A stretch of 64,000 nt of DNA from a virus, in IMG/VR virus record IMGVR_UViG_3300025840_000013; one strand, given 5' to 3'. Both the position numbers and the translations under genes were made by a program. Below the pieces are notes generated by a model that was not told the origin of the DNA, did no database searches, and saw nothing but the letters and a program-made list of their open reading frames with translations. Of the stretch, positions 30,888 to 40,850 are shown one piece after another (within the stretch, counting starts at the first letter, position 1; every line of letters starts with the position of its first letter).

Positions 30888-33800
30888 ATGACTACTGCAT
30901 TATCGACAGAGTTCCTTTCTGGTGGATTTTCTATTCAAAGAAACGAAATGGTATCTATGCAACAGCAGAAATACGCACAGAAGTTCGAATTTTTGAATAG
31001 TTTCAATCAGACATATACAAGGCTTTCAAAACCGGCCCAACACGAATTTGACAGAATCGCACCATATGCACTCTCTTCACAGAGAAGAGTATTTGTTGGT
31101 GGTACTGTTACAACTGTTACACGCCCATTAAAACAAACATATAGAAACGGAAATCTTCCTTCTGTTCTTGGTTCAATTCAATTAGATGCAAACGGTGCAA
31201 TTCAATCTATCAATGTTCTTGATGGTGGTTTTGGTTATGCACCAAATACAACTTTTAATGTAAATATTAGAGGTGGTGAACCAACAAGTGGAACATTAAC
31301 TCCTGCAGTTGTAACTGCAACTTCTGATAATTCTGGTAGAATTGTTTCGGTTGATATTGTTTCTTCTGGTAACAATTACGATGCAGCTGCTGCACAAACT
31401 TTAAGTGCAAAAATTGATGAAAGTCCAGATGAAGGACAGTTTTATGTTTCGTTCTTTGAAGGTATTGGCGCACTTACTTCCGTAAACATCACTAGTGGAC
31501 AAACAGGACATAGGCCAGGCGTCTATTATGTTGCAACAACAACTACAGATTCTGTTGCTGGTAGTGGTGCAAAATTCCAAGTATATGTTGATGCTGGTGG
31601 CACAGTAACAAAAGTCGTTCCATTGGAGTTCGGTGAAACTTATGTAATTGCTGACACAATCACTATTCCAAACAGCGAACTTGGAAATGATGGTGGAAGT
31701 GATTTGGTAATCACTGTAGAAGCAGTAACAACATCAACCCAACTTGCATTCGATTACGGAACAGTAACTTGGAGAAGTGAATCTTTCCAAGTTGGTGATA
31801 CAGTTCTTTTAGAGTACTTTATTGATACTGACAAAGATCCTTCTGCAAGTGATGGCTTCTTAAGAACTCTTGCAAAAGATTTATGTTTACACCCATATGG
31901 TAACTACTATAGTTCTGCGTTTTCTAGTGTTCCACAAAGATCAGCGTCCATTGTAATTAAGGGCGGTGCAGTAGATGGCGCATCTGTAGAACTTTATGAC
32001 GATGCTGGTGTACGGTTCGGTGTTACTGACGAAAGTGGTTTTACCGCTGCAGACGATGGAAAAAGAATTGTCGAAGTAAATGGTTCGGGTGTTGCAATTC
32101 TTAGAGTTACAGGTGATGGACATACATTAAATCCATATGTCGCAACTCTTGAAATGACAAGTACGAATAATGAAGAAAGTAATCCATTTTCATATGAAGA
32201 TGCAACAGACGGTGAACCAATTACTGGTATGGTTGCAGGAGATAAATCATATGCAACAGGAAAATGGAGACTCGCAATTCCTGTATCTGATTTTGAAGCA
32301 CAACCCTACAACATAATTTATCCATTTGTGGATACAGATAGTAACACACCAATTCCAATTGGAAATGATGGACAACAAAATCACAGAAATGTAATGGCTG
32401 CAATTAAAAGAATTGGTGATATGTTTGTTGTTGAATCGGAAAAAGGTACAGACTTACTTTCATCCAAGAAAGAAATTAATAGTGCTACAGATGCGATTCC
32501 AACTTCAGTTTCATTGACTCAGCCAGTTAAAGATGCTCGTAAACCACAGAAGTGGAGAATGCGTTTCTTCTATGACACTAGAGATGAATATCTTTATGTA
32601 AATGTTGCTACTGCATTGCAAATTAAAGATAACGGAGACCTTTCAAAAGGACAAGGTCGTGACGGTATCAAACAGGCAGTTTACAGACAGCCTGGAGAAC
32701 TTAGTGAAATTTACTATAACTTCTCAAACGATAGTAACAAGGCGAAATCTGGATTCTTCCGCAGACAAGGTAAAACTACAGATGATACAGAACCAACATA
32801 TCCAATCGCATTCCGTTTGACTTGTACTGACCACGGTACTGGACTTTTCGTATTCGATCAGGCCTCCGTTGACCAAGATGACGATTATGCATGGTTTGTT
32901 ATTCAAAGACATGTTAACAACATTTCTGGTAAAATTGAATTCGAAGATGGTAAGTCTCCAGTTCACTGCTTGTATTCTCCATCTTCTAGACCAGAAGAAA
33001 CATCAGATTTTAATATCGGTTTCTTTGCAGAGGTTAGTGAAGAGTTGAATACAACTACTGGTGCAACAACAGTCACATCTAAGTCATTGGATGAATTGGA
33101 AATCTTTGATGTAAACGGTAGAAAACTGAAGCCGGGACTTCCAGTGAATGTAACAATTCCTACTGACTCAAGACCTGTTGCATTGATCCCAGAAGCATAC
33201 GGTAGAGGACTTTCATATCTGAACACTTCTTCTACTGCAAACGTTCCACTTGCCGACCATGGTGCGTTAGGAACAGATTCCGCAACTGGATTTACAGTTG
33301 TTAACGACTACTATAAATTCCCAGAGATTACTGCTGCGAACCTCCAGGCTGGCCCGACTGATCGTGGATTGGGTACTGCAGAACTTGCAGTTATTCAAAG
33401 TAATCTGAGTCTGCCGCCTTTTGATAGAGATGCATTTGCATTAAACTTTGGTGCTGCATATGGTAGTTCATTTGTACCAGTAGGTGACTATATTACTGGT
33501 TTTGAAAATGGTACTGGTTCCGGCTCGAGATATGATGTCGTAGACACTAATGGGGCCCCATCTTCTTGGACATTAATTAATGACCAAGATGGTAAAGGTT
33601 TGAAAAACTATTCCGTTGCAAGAACACAAATGCAAGGCCCTGCTCAGTTAGGTTTGCGTACATACAGAGTTCGTCACAGAAGTTCTGATGGTGTTGACAC
33701 CTTCTTGGATTATGAAACTGACTTCCAGTTTGTAAGTAAAACTGAAGTTGCGCCTGCGACTGATGCAAACGGACAGGCAAGAGAACTTCCAATCAGTTCA

Positions 33801-35603
33801 ACGGTTGCAATCTTTACACCAACATCTGTTGCTGCTAAGAATCTTGTTGCAAAGAGAAGACGCAGAATTCTTTTCGTTGACAACTTAGATATTGGTGCAA
33901 CAACTGGGACAGGTTCGAATCCTCTTCTTGGTACTCAAGGACAATTTGCTGGTGCATTGGGTGGTATTACTGACTTAACATTAGTTCCTGTTACTGGTTC
34001 TTCATTTGGTGGAAATGCAGTTGGACACAAACTTGCACTTGATTCTGCTGGTGCTGCTGTCCAAACGGCTGCGACTGGTGGTATTGGACAAGACTTCATT
34101 GTATTAGATGGAACTGGTTCTACTGGTGATGTAAAGGTTGGAGATGAACTTACAACCGCAACTGCACAAACTGCAGGATTTGGATTTAGAGTTCTTTCTA
34201 TAATCGACTCCTTCCCAGAAAATGACCAATTCATCTATGAATATGCATGGGAAGGTGCTGGATTTAACAATGAGTATACCAACTTCTTTGGTAGATATGG
34301 TACTGCATCTAACCCACTCTTTGAGGTTAACAGACTTAAAGTGTTTGTTGATGGACAAGAGGCAGATGCTGCGGTTCAAGGACAGAATTATCAATTCGAT
34401 TCTTCTGGTAATATTGAATTTGGTACGACTGGTGGTTCTACAGAATACTTTGGTGTTCAAAAACCAATGTATGCATATTCATTAACTACGGACAAAGTTA
34501 AATTTAACGAACCTCTAGAGTTTGCCACAGTTGTTAAGATTTCATATGAAAACTATAATGATGTGGAAGAAAGAGATACTGGTAGATCAACTTACTTGAT
34601 TAAACTTCCAGAAGACAGAGATATTCCTGCAATCTGGAACGATATTCATAAAGTTGCAAAAGGTATCTACAGATTTATTGTTCGTGAAAACGATGTGTTT
34701 AAACCATGGGATTATCATGTCTCTGCTGTTACACCACAGGTTGACAGTCCTGCATGTATTAACCCTGTTGAACAGTTATCGATTACACAGGATAAAACTG
34801 TTATCTTTAACTTCCCAACACCACTTGCATCACAAAGATTTATCTATAGTGACGCAGAAGCAGACTTGATCTGTATCGCTGGTGCGGATAGTTCTACTCA
34901 AGGTGGTATCATTAAGACATCTGCAACTAAATATGACCTTGACGGACAACATGCTAGTACATTAAGTCCACAAGGTGGTACTGCATCTACATCTTCTAAT
35001 ACTGATCCACTTAACTTCAGAAGAGAGTATTTCTGGCACAATGTGAAACAGTCAGATGGAACAACTGATGCATTTGACACAACAGAAAACTCAACACATA
35101 GAACTTATGTGGGTATGATGTCTACTAAACCATTTGGTAATGGTATGAGAATCTTCATCTTAACAAGAGGTGGCCCAATCAGACCATCATATAGTGACTA
35201 TACACCAAGAGATGTAAGAGGAATTTCAGATAACTTCCCAACAGGTGCTGTTAACGGTGCTATTGAAACTCTTGGAGGAGTAGACTATACATTCGATGAT
35301 GGTGAACGCTCAGGTAATTTAGTTACTGCCGATGATGCAGTAATTAATGTCGGTACATCCACAATTTCTGGTGCGACTGTCACTAGTATCTCTTCTGATA
35401 TTTTAGTAGGTGCTACTTCTTCGGTAACTACAACAGAGGGCGATACAGTTACACTCACAGTAACTGAGGTTTCTTCTAGTGCCGGTTCCATTACTGTCAG
35501 AAGTAGTGGTTCTACTGTAGGAACGCTTGCTGTAGGAACATTCGCATTCACTAAGAATGTTGGTTCTTCTTGGAACGGGAATTATGTAAACTTTGGTTCA
35601 TAA
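30888..35603 (+). CDS. virion structural protein, scaffold-family paralogue P3 (1571 aa)
   Basis: GFSIQRN, GFLRTLAKDL.LHP, RKPQKWRMRF, GRDG, RQPGEL, YPIAFRLTCTDHG, DQDDDYAWFVIQRH, PVHCLYSP, RFIVRENDVFKPWD, GNGMRIF, plus a ~150-aa C-terminal extension. Confidence 0.8.
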   Translation: MTTALSTEFLSGGFSIQRNEMVSMQQQKYAQKFEFLNSFNQTYTRLSKPAQHEFDRIAPYALSSQRRVFVGGTVTTVTRPLKQTYRNGNLPSVLGSIQLDANGAIQSINVLDGGFGYAPNTTFNVNIRGGEPTSGTLTPAVVTATSDNSGRIVSVDIVSSGNNYDAAAAQTLSAKIDESPDEGQFYVSFFEGIGALTSVNITSGQTGHRPGVYYVATTTTDSVAGSGAKFQVYVDAGGTVTKVVPLEFGETYVIADTITIPNSELGNDGGSDLVITVEAVTTSTQLAFDYGTVTWRSESFQVGDTVLLEYFIDTDKDPSASDGFLRTLAKDLCLHPYGNYYSSAFSSVPQRSASIVIKGGAVDGASVELYDDAGVRFGVTDESGFTAADDGKRIVEVNGSGVAILRVTGDGHTLNPYVATLEMTSTNNEESNPFSYEDATDGEPITGMVAGDKSYATGKWRLAIPVSDFEAQPYNIIYPFVDTDSNTPIPIGNDGQQNHRNVMAAIKRIGDMFVVESEKGTDLLSSKKEINSATDAIPTSVSLTQPVKDARKPQKWRMRFFYDTRDEYLYVNVATALQIKDNGDLSKGQGRDGIKQAVYRQPGELSEIYYNFSNDSNKAKSGFFRRQGKTTDDTEPTYPIAFRLTCTDHGTGLFVFDQASVDQDDDYAWFVIQRHVNNISGKIEFEDGKSPVHCLYSPSSRPEETSDFNIGFFAEVSEELNTTTGATTVTSKSLDELEIFDVNGRKLKPGLPVNVTIPTDSRPVALIPEAYGRGLSYLNTSSTANVPLADHGALGTDSATGFTVVNDYYKFPEITAANLQAGPTDRGLGTAELAVIQSNLSLPPFDRDAFALNFGAAYGSSFVPVGDYITGFENGTGSGSRYDVVDTNGAPSSWTLINDQDGKGLKNYSVARTQMQGPAQLGLRTYRVRHRSSDGVDTFLDYETDFQFVSKTEVAPATDANGQARELPISSTVAIFTPTSVAAKNLVAKRRRRILFVDNLDIGATTGTGSNPLLGTQGQFAGALGGITDLTLVPVTGSSFGGNAVGHKLALDSAGAAVQTAATGGIGQDFIVLDGTGSTGDVKVGDELTTATAQTAGFGFRVLSIIDSFPENDQFIYEYAWEGAGFNNEYTNFFGRYGTASNPLFEVNRLKVFVDGQEADAAVQGQNYQFDSSGNIEFGTTGGSTEYFGVQKPMYAYSLTTDKVKFNEPLEFATVVKISYENYNDVEERDTGRSTYLIKLPEDRDIPAIWNDIHKVAKGIYRFIVRENDVFKPWDYHVSAVTPQVDSPACINPVEQLSITQDKTVIFNFPTPLASQRFIYSDAEADLICIAGADSSTQGGIIKTSATKYDLDGQHASTLSPQGGTASTSSNTDPLNFRREYFWHNVKQSDGTTDAFDTTENSTHRTYVGMMSTKPFGNGMRIFILTRGGPIRPSYSDYTPRDVRGISDNFPTGAVNGAIETLGGVDYTFDDGERSGNLVTADDAVINVGTSTISGATVTSISSDILVGATSSVTTTEGDTVTLTVTEVSSSAGSITVRSSGSTVGTLAVGTFAFTKNVGSSWNGNYVNFGS

Positions 35604-35626
35604 TTTCTAAAGATTGATAAAATTAT

Positions 35627-35634
35627 CATAAATA
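35627..35634 (+). promoter_or_regulatory. probable late promoter variant (CATAAATA)
   Basis: 7/8 match immediately 5' of the terminator hairpin and 44 nt before ATG 35678. Confidence 0.55.
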
Positions 35635-35635
35635 T

Positions 35636-35664
35636 AGGGGAGACATAAAGTCTCCCCTTTTTTT
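35636..35664 (+). terminator. rho-independent terminator
   Basis: AGGGGAGAC-ATAAA-GTCTCCCCT perfect 9-bp stem running into a 7-T tract, after the P3 stop codon. Confidence 0.9.
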
Positions 35665-35677
35665 ATACCAAAGAAAA

Positions 35678-38600
35678 ATGTCTGTAGAAAATATATTTTT
35701 ATTTAACGATGTAATAAAAGTCAAGGTTGGAATTGATTCTCCAGTTGGAATCAATGGCCCATCTGATGGCCAAGTTGTTGAACAAAATGGACTTACATAC
35801 ACTTATAATGCAACAACAACTTCTTGGGATATTACCGTATTATCAAACATAGTATTTGTTTCTGGTCTTGCATCTTCTATAACACTGTCATTTTCTGCTG
35901 GAGATATTCTTGTCAATGGCACTAGTCAAGGTACAAGTACAACAATATCTAATAACGATGTAGTACAATTATCTTTAGAAAATCCAACCCTAAATCAATC
36001 CAACACATACAGTATTGTTGCAGATGGCACAACAATAGATTATATTGTCGAATTAAACGATCCAGAGGTTGCGAACTTTGACTCAGATAGGTCAACTTCC
36101 TCGACCAATGATGATCTTGAAAAGATTGATACGACATCTCCTACATTAACAGATTCTGATACAACTGTATTTCAAAGTATTATAAACCAATTAAATGCTG
36201 GTGATGTAGATTTTGAAAGTGTAAAAGAAGAACTGTCTACACTCATTCAAGAAAATTTTTCAGAGGCATATCAGGAAGCTCTTGGTGATTTGCAAGTTTT
36301 ACTTGCTCAAGAATTTGAAGAATTTAGAGATACAATTTTAACTTCTGAAACTGATATTGTAGAAACAACAGTCCAAGAGAGTGCGGAGATTACAGAGGTT
36401 ATTACCGCAAAGGATGCGGAGATTGATAGTGTTTTAGAAACACAAGAATCTCAAGATTATACGCAAGAATTGGTTCAAGAAACTTTAGAGACTTCAGAAC
36501 AAGAAACATTTGTAGAAGATGAGGTTGTAGAAACTTCTGAACAAGAACTACTTGCCGTTACTGATTCTCCAGAAACTTCAGAACAAGAAACATTTGTAGA
36601 AGATGAGGTTGTAGAAACTTCTGAACAAGAAACATTTGTAGAAGATGAAGTTTCAGAGACTTCTGAACAAGAACTACTTGCCGTTACTGATTCTCCAGAA
36701 ACTTCTGAACAAGAAACATTTGTAGAAGATGAGGTTGTAGAAACTTCTGAACAAGAACTACTTGCCGTTACTGATTCTCCAGAAACTTCTGAACAAGAAA
36801 CATTTGTAGAAGATGAAGTTTTAGAGACTTCTGAACAAGAACTACTTGCCGTTACTGATTCTCCAGAAACTTCAGAACAAGAACTACTTGCCGTTACTGA
36901 TTCTCCAGAAACTTCAGAACAAGAAACATTTGTAGAAGATGAGGTTGTAGAAACATCTACACCAGATACATTTGTAGAAGATGAGATTGTAGAAACTTCA
37001 GAACAAGAACTACTTGCCGTTACTGATTCTCCAGAAACTTCAGAACAAGAACTACTTGCCGTTACTGATTCTCCAGAAACTTCAGAACAAGAAACATTTG
37101 TAGAAGATGAGGTTGTAGAAACTTCTGAACAAGAGTTGTTGGCAGTAACAGACTCTCCAGATACATCTACACCAGATACATTTGCAGAAGATGAGGTTGT
37201 AGAAACTTCTGAACAAGAACTACTTGCCGTTACTGATTCTCCAGAAACATCTACACCAGATACATTTTCAGATACTATTCAACAGGCTCTTTTAGAACAG
37301 GTTAGAGAAGAATTAACAGATAACGAAGAATTAAAACTATCAGATCTTTTTTCTGACCTAGAAAATATTTTAACAAATCAATTAGAATCTTTTGCCGAAG
37401 AAATAACTCCAGATTTTCTAATTCAAGTATTATCGGAATTAAGTGATTCCGAAGAATTAAAAACTGCAGACATTCAAAACTTAGAAGATATTCAAAGTCT
37501 TTTAACTCCAGATATTTTATTAGATTTAGAAAATATTCAATTAGAAAATATAACCCAAGAATTGGTCAGAGAAAGTCTTTCAACAGTACTACAAGAATTT
37601 TTGGAAGAAACTTTAACTGAAACATTTATTTTACCAGAAACTGATGAAACAATTGAAACGTTATCAACACTAGATCAGGCAAAAGATGAAACCGTTGATG
37701 TAATAGAAACTTCTACATTAGATAGTTCAGAAGAACAAGATGTAGTAGAAGAAGTTACTGCAGATATTGATACCACAGTAGAAACAACGGAAGGTGTTGA
37801 GCAAGAAAGAACAGAAGAGTCTCCAGAAGAACAACAACTGGAAGAAAAGTTGGATGCTGCTAGTGAAACAGTAGATTCGCAGGACACCACTTCAGACGAA
37901 CAAATTTCAACTGGAAGTGATGGAGAAGTTGTCGAAGAAGATAGTGCAGATTCAACAACTTCTGATACAAGTGTCGATGATGAGGTTACAGAAACTTCAG
38001 TAGATGATGCCACAGTAGACGATAGTACAGACGCTACTGAGTCTCCAGATGCAACTATAGATGATGCCACGGACACTACAGAGTCTCCAGATGCAACTGT
38101 AGATGATGCCACGGACACTACAGAGTCTCCAGACGCTACAGTAGATGACGATACAGATGCTACAGAGTCTCCAGACGCTACAGTAGATGATGCCACGGAC
38201 ACTACAGAGTCTCCAGACGCTACAGTAGATGACGATACAGATGCTACAGAGTCTCCAGACGCTACAGTAGATGACGATACAGATGCTACACCTTCACCAT
38301 CTTTAGATGAGGAAGACGAATCTTCAGAAACTGTGTCTGATGGAAATGTGGTTTCTGATTCTGAACTTGAAGGTGGAACTGATACCGAAACTCCAGAAGA
38401 TGCAACCGAAGATACTACAACTCCTAGTGAGGTGCCAGAAGAAGATCCTAGCACAACAGAAACGCCAGATTCTGAGGTCGAAGATGAAGTTCAGCCAGTT
38501 TCAGATGATGCGAGTGATGTTACTGACGAACAGAATATAATCGAAACCGAAACAGATATACCAGTTGACGAATCTGGAGATACCGAATCCGATTCTGATA

Positions 38601-40837
38601 CATCAGTAGATCAACAAATAGAAGTTAGTACAGATACTGATACACCAGTTGACGAATCTGGAGATACCGAATCCGATTCTGATACATCAGTAGATCAACA
38701 AATAGAAGTTAGTACAGATACTGATACACCAGTTGACGAATCTGGAGATACCGAATCCGATTCTGATACATCAGTAGATCAGCAAGAAACTAATAATGTT
38801 GGTGATGATGGAGTGGATGATGATAGTGACGCAACTTCTAGTGCAGATGAAACCTCTAATGATGACTCGACAACTTCCGTTATTGATGGTGCTGAATCTG
38901 AAGATGACTCAACAACTTCTGCTACCGATGATACTGAATCTGAAGATGATGAAACAACAACAGCAGTAGATACTGAGACTTCAGAAGATGACTCAACAAC
39001 TTCTGTTACTGATGACACTGAATCTGAAGATGACTCAACAACTTCTGTTACTGATGACACTGAATCTGAAGATGACTCAACAACTTCTGCTACCGATGAT
39101 AATCAAACCACTGATGAGTTAAATGAACCAGTAATTGATTCGGAAGAACCAAATGATGAAAATGACGGCATCGAAGTTGATGTTGATAATAGAGAAGATT
39201 CAAACCAACCACCTGTCTCAGACATAGATGAAACAACAGATGACACAACTTCAACTGAAACAGAAACGGATGAAACAACAGATGACACAACTTCAACAGA
39301 ATCCTCTGTAGATGAAACGGAAGATGACACAACTTCAACAGAATCCTCTGTAGATGAAACGGAAGATGACACAACTTCAACAGAATCCTCTGTAGATGAA
39401 ACGGAAGATGAAACTGATACTACTGAAGATGGAACAGATGTAACTACAGATGAATCTGGCCAACCAACCTCAGAAGATGATACAGTTGACGATCAGACAG
39501 ATACTACTGAAGATGGTACAGACGAAACTACAGATCAACCAAGTGACCCTAAAGGCGAAGATGATACAGTTAGTGACGAAACAGATACTACCGAAGATGG
39601 TACAGATGTAACTACAGATCAACCAAGTGACCCTAAAGGCGAAGATGATACAGTTAGTGACGAAACAGATACTACCGAAGATGGTACAGATGTAACTACA
39701 GATGAATCTGGAGACCCGACAAGTGAAGATGATGCTGTAGAAGATAGTGATGCTGGTGTTGGCGGAGAACAAGATACAGTAGATGATATATCTGATACAT
39801 CTACATCAGATGATGAAACGGTTGGTGATGATACCGACACCACAGAATCTTCTGGTGACGATACTGTTGATGATACAGATGCTACAGAATCTTCTGGTGA
39901 CGATTCTATTGATGATACGGACTCAGTTCCATCTACGGATGAAGATGGTGAAGATGATACGGACTCAGTTCCATCTACCGATGAAGCGGGTGAAGATGAT
40001 ACAACACCACCAGTTACGGATGGAAATGATACAGACAATGAAGAGATTCCTACTGGCTCAGATGATGAAGTTCCAGAAGATCAGCCTGGAGTTCCGTCAG
40101 GAGATGAAGATGATTTCGAAACAGACCCATCTATACGAGTTTCTGATGGAGAAGAGCAGACTGATACTGATGGTGCAGACGAAACATTAGATGATGCACA
40201 AGAAGATGACACAACACCAGTAGTAGATGATGAAGAAACTACAGAAGATGTTTCAGAACCACCCACTACAGATACTGATGAAACAGAAGATGTTTCAGAA
40301 CCGCCTGTTACTGACGAAGATGATACAGAAGATGTTTCTGAACCACCAGTAACAGATACAGATGATACAGAAGATGTTTCTGAACCACCAGTAACAGATA
40401 CAGATGATACAGAAGATGTTTCTGAACCACCAGTAACAGATACAGATGATACAGAAGATGTTTCTGAACCACCAGTTATTCCAGATGAAGAAACTGATGA
40501 TGATGGAAAACCACCAGTTATTCCAGATGAAGAAACTGATGATGATGGAAAACCACCAGTTATTCCAGATGAAGAAACTGATGATGATTCACAACCACCA
40601 GTTATTCCAGATGAAGAGCCTGACGATGATCAACCAGTTCCGCCTACAAACGATGAAGAGATTGATGAAGACGCACCAAGTAATCCACCCAGTCAGGATG
40701 ATGGAACAAGGGAACTTGGTACAATCGTAATGAGAGATGGTGAGATAAAATTATATGTCTTAACGCCTGTCTTATCAGCAAATAAATATATTGGCCCATT
40801 TGTTGATAGAGAATTGGGCAACAGATTTTTTAGTTGA
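35678..40837 (+). CDS. giant acidic (D/E/T/S-rich) tandem-repeat protein, 1719 aa
   Basis: Long uninterrupted ORF in a late-gene context. About 1400 aa almost free of K/R and aromatic residues, built of 14-aa units. N-terminal GPSDGQ...NG.TYTYN...W module shared with fibre proteins. Confidence 0.8.
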   Translation: MSVENIFLFNDVIKVKVGIDSPVGINGPSDGQVVEQNGLTYTYNATTTSWDITVLSNIVFVSGLASSITLSFSAGDILVNGTSQGTSTTISNNDVVQLSLENPTLNQSNTYSIVADGTTIDYIVELNDPEVANFDSDRSTSSTNDDLEKIDTTSPTLTDSDTTVFQSIINQLNAGDVDFESVKEELSTLIQENFSEAYQEALGDLQVLLAQEFEEFRDTILTSETDIVETTVQESAEITEVITAKDAEIDSVLETQESQDYTQELVQETLETSEQETFVEDEVVETSEQELLAVTDSPETSEQETFVEDEVVETSEQETFVEDEVSETSEQELLAVTDSPETSEQETFVEDEVVETSEQELLAVTDSPETSEQETFVEDEVLETSEQELLAVTDSPETSEQELLAVTDSPETSEQETFVEDEVVETSTPDTFVEDEIVETSEQELLAVTDSPETSEQELLAVTDSPETSEQETFVEDEVVETSEQELLAVTDSPDTSTPDTFAEDEVVETSEQELLAVTDSPETSTPDTFSDTIQQALLEQVREELTDNEELKLSDLFSDLENILTNQLESFAEEITPDFLIQVLSELSDSEELKTADIQNLEDIQSLLTPDILLDLENIQLENITQELVRESLSTVLQEFLEETLTETFILPETDETIETLSTLDQAKDETVDVIETSTLDSSEEQDVVEEVTADIDTTVETTEGVEQERTEESPEEQQLEEKLDAASETVDSQDTTSDEQISTGSDGEVVEEDSADSTTSDTSVDDEVTETSVDDATVDDSTDATESPDATIDDATDTTESPDATVDDATDTTESPDATVDDDTDATESPDATVDDATDTTESPDATVDDDTDATESPDATVDDDTDATPSPSLDEEDESSETVSDGNVVSDSELEGGTDTETPEDATEDTTTPSEVPEEDPSTTETPDSEVEDEVQPVSDDASDVTDEQNIIETETDIPVDESGDTESDSDTSVDQQIEVSTDTDTPVDESGDTESDSDTSVDQQIEVSTDTDTPVDESGDTESDSDTSVDQQETNNVGDDGVDDDSDATSSADETSNDDSTTSVIDGAESEDDSTTSATDDTESEDDETTTAVDTETSEDDSTTSVTDDTESEDDSTTSVTDDTESEDDSTTSATDDNQTTDELNEPVIDSEEPNDENDGIEVDVDNREDSNQPPVSDIDETTDDTTSTETETDETTDDTTSTESSVDETEDDTTSTESSVDETEDDTTSTESSVDETEDETDTTEDGTDVTTDESGQPTSEDDTVDDQTDTTEDGTDETTDQPSDPKGEDDTVSDETDTTEDGTDVTTDQPSDPKGEDDTVSDETDTTEDGTDVTTDESGDPTSEDDAVEDSDAGVGGEQDTVDDISDTSTSDDETVGDDTDTTESSGDDTVDDTDATESSGDDSIDDTDSVPSTDEDGEDDTDSVPSTDEAGEDDTTPPVTDGNDTDNEEIPTGSDDEVPEDQPGVPSGDEDDFETDPSIRVSDGEEQTDTDGADETLDDAQEDDTTPVVDDEETTEDVSEPPTTDTDETEDVSEPPVTDEDDTEDVSEPPVTDTDDTEDVSEPPVTDTDDTEDVSEPPVTDTDDTEDVSEPPVIPDEETDDDGKPPVIPDEETDDDGKPPVIPDEETDDDSQPPVIPDEEPDDDQPVPPTNDEEIDEDAPSNPPSQDDGTRELGTIVMRDGEIKLYVLTPVLSANKYIGPFVDRELGNRFFS
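36488..37267 (+). repeat. 42-bp (14-aa) tandem array of interleaved unit types
   Basis: A=ETSEQETFVEDEVV, B=ETSEQELLAVTDSP, C=(E/D)TSTPDTF.EDE.V, in the order ABAABABABBACBBABCB(C); near-identical DNA units. Confidence 0.95.
37995..40640 (+). repeat. successive 42-bp and 84-bp tandem repeat blocks
   Basis: TESPDATVDDATDT, TPVDESGDTESDSDTSVDQQIEVSTDTD (84 bp; starts 38561, 38645, 38729), TESEDDSTTSVTDD, DETEDDTTSTESSV, DETDTTEDGTDVTTDQPSDPKGEDDTVS, TEDVSEPPVTDTDD, PPVIPDEETDDDGK. Confidence 0.95.
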
Positions 40838-40850
40838 TGGATAGTTAAGA

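Noticed and set aside
36488-37267. CRISPR-like look (constant 18-nt head plus variable 24-nt tail)
   Set aside because: The 'spacers' are only 2-3 recurring sequences, the array is in frame within a CDS, the head is short and non-palindromic, and no cas genes are present.
37675-40266. Minus-strand Ser/Val-rich ORFs (259, 139, 100 aa etc.)
   Set aside because: Antisense shadows of the Asp/Glu/Thr repeats; no RBS or promoter support.
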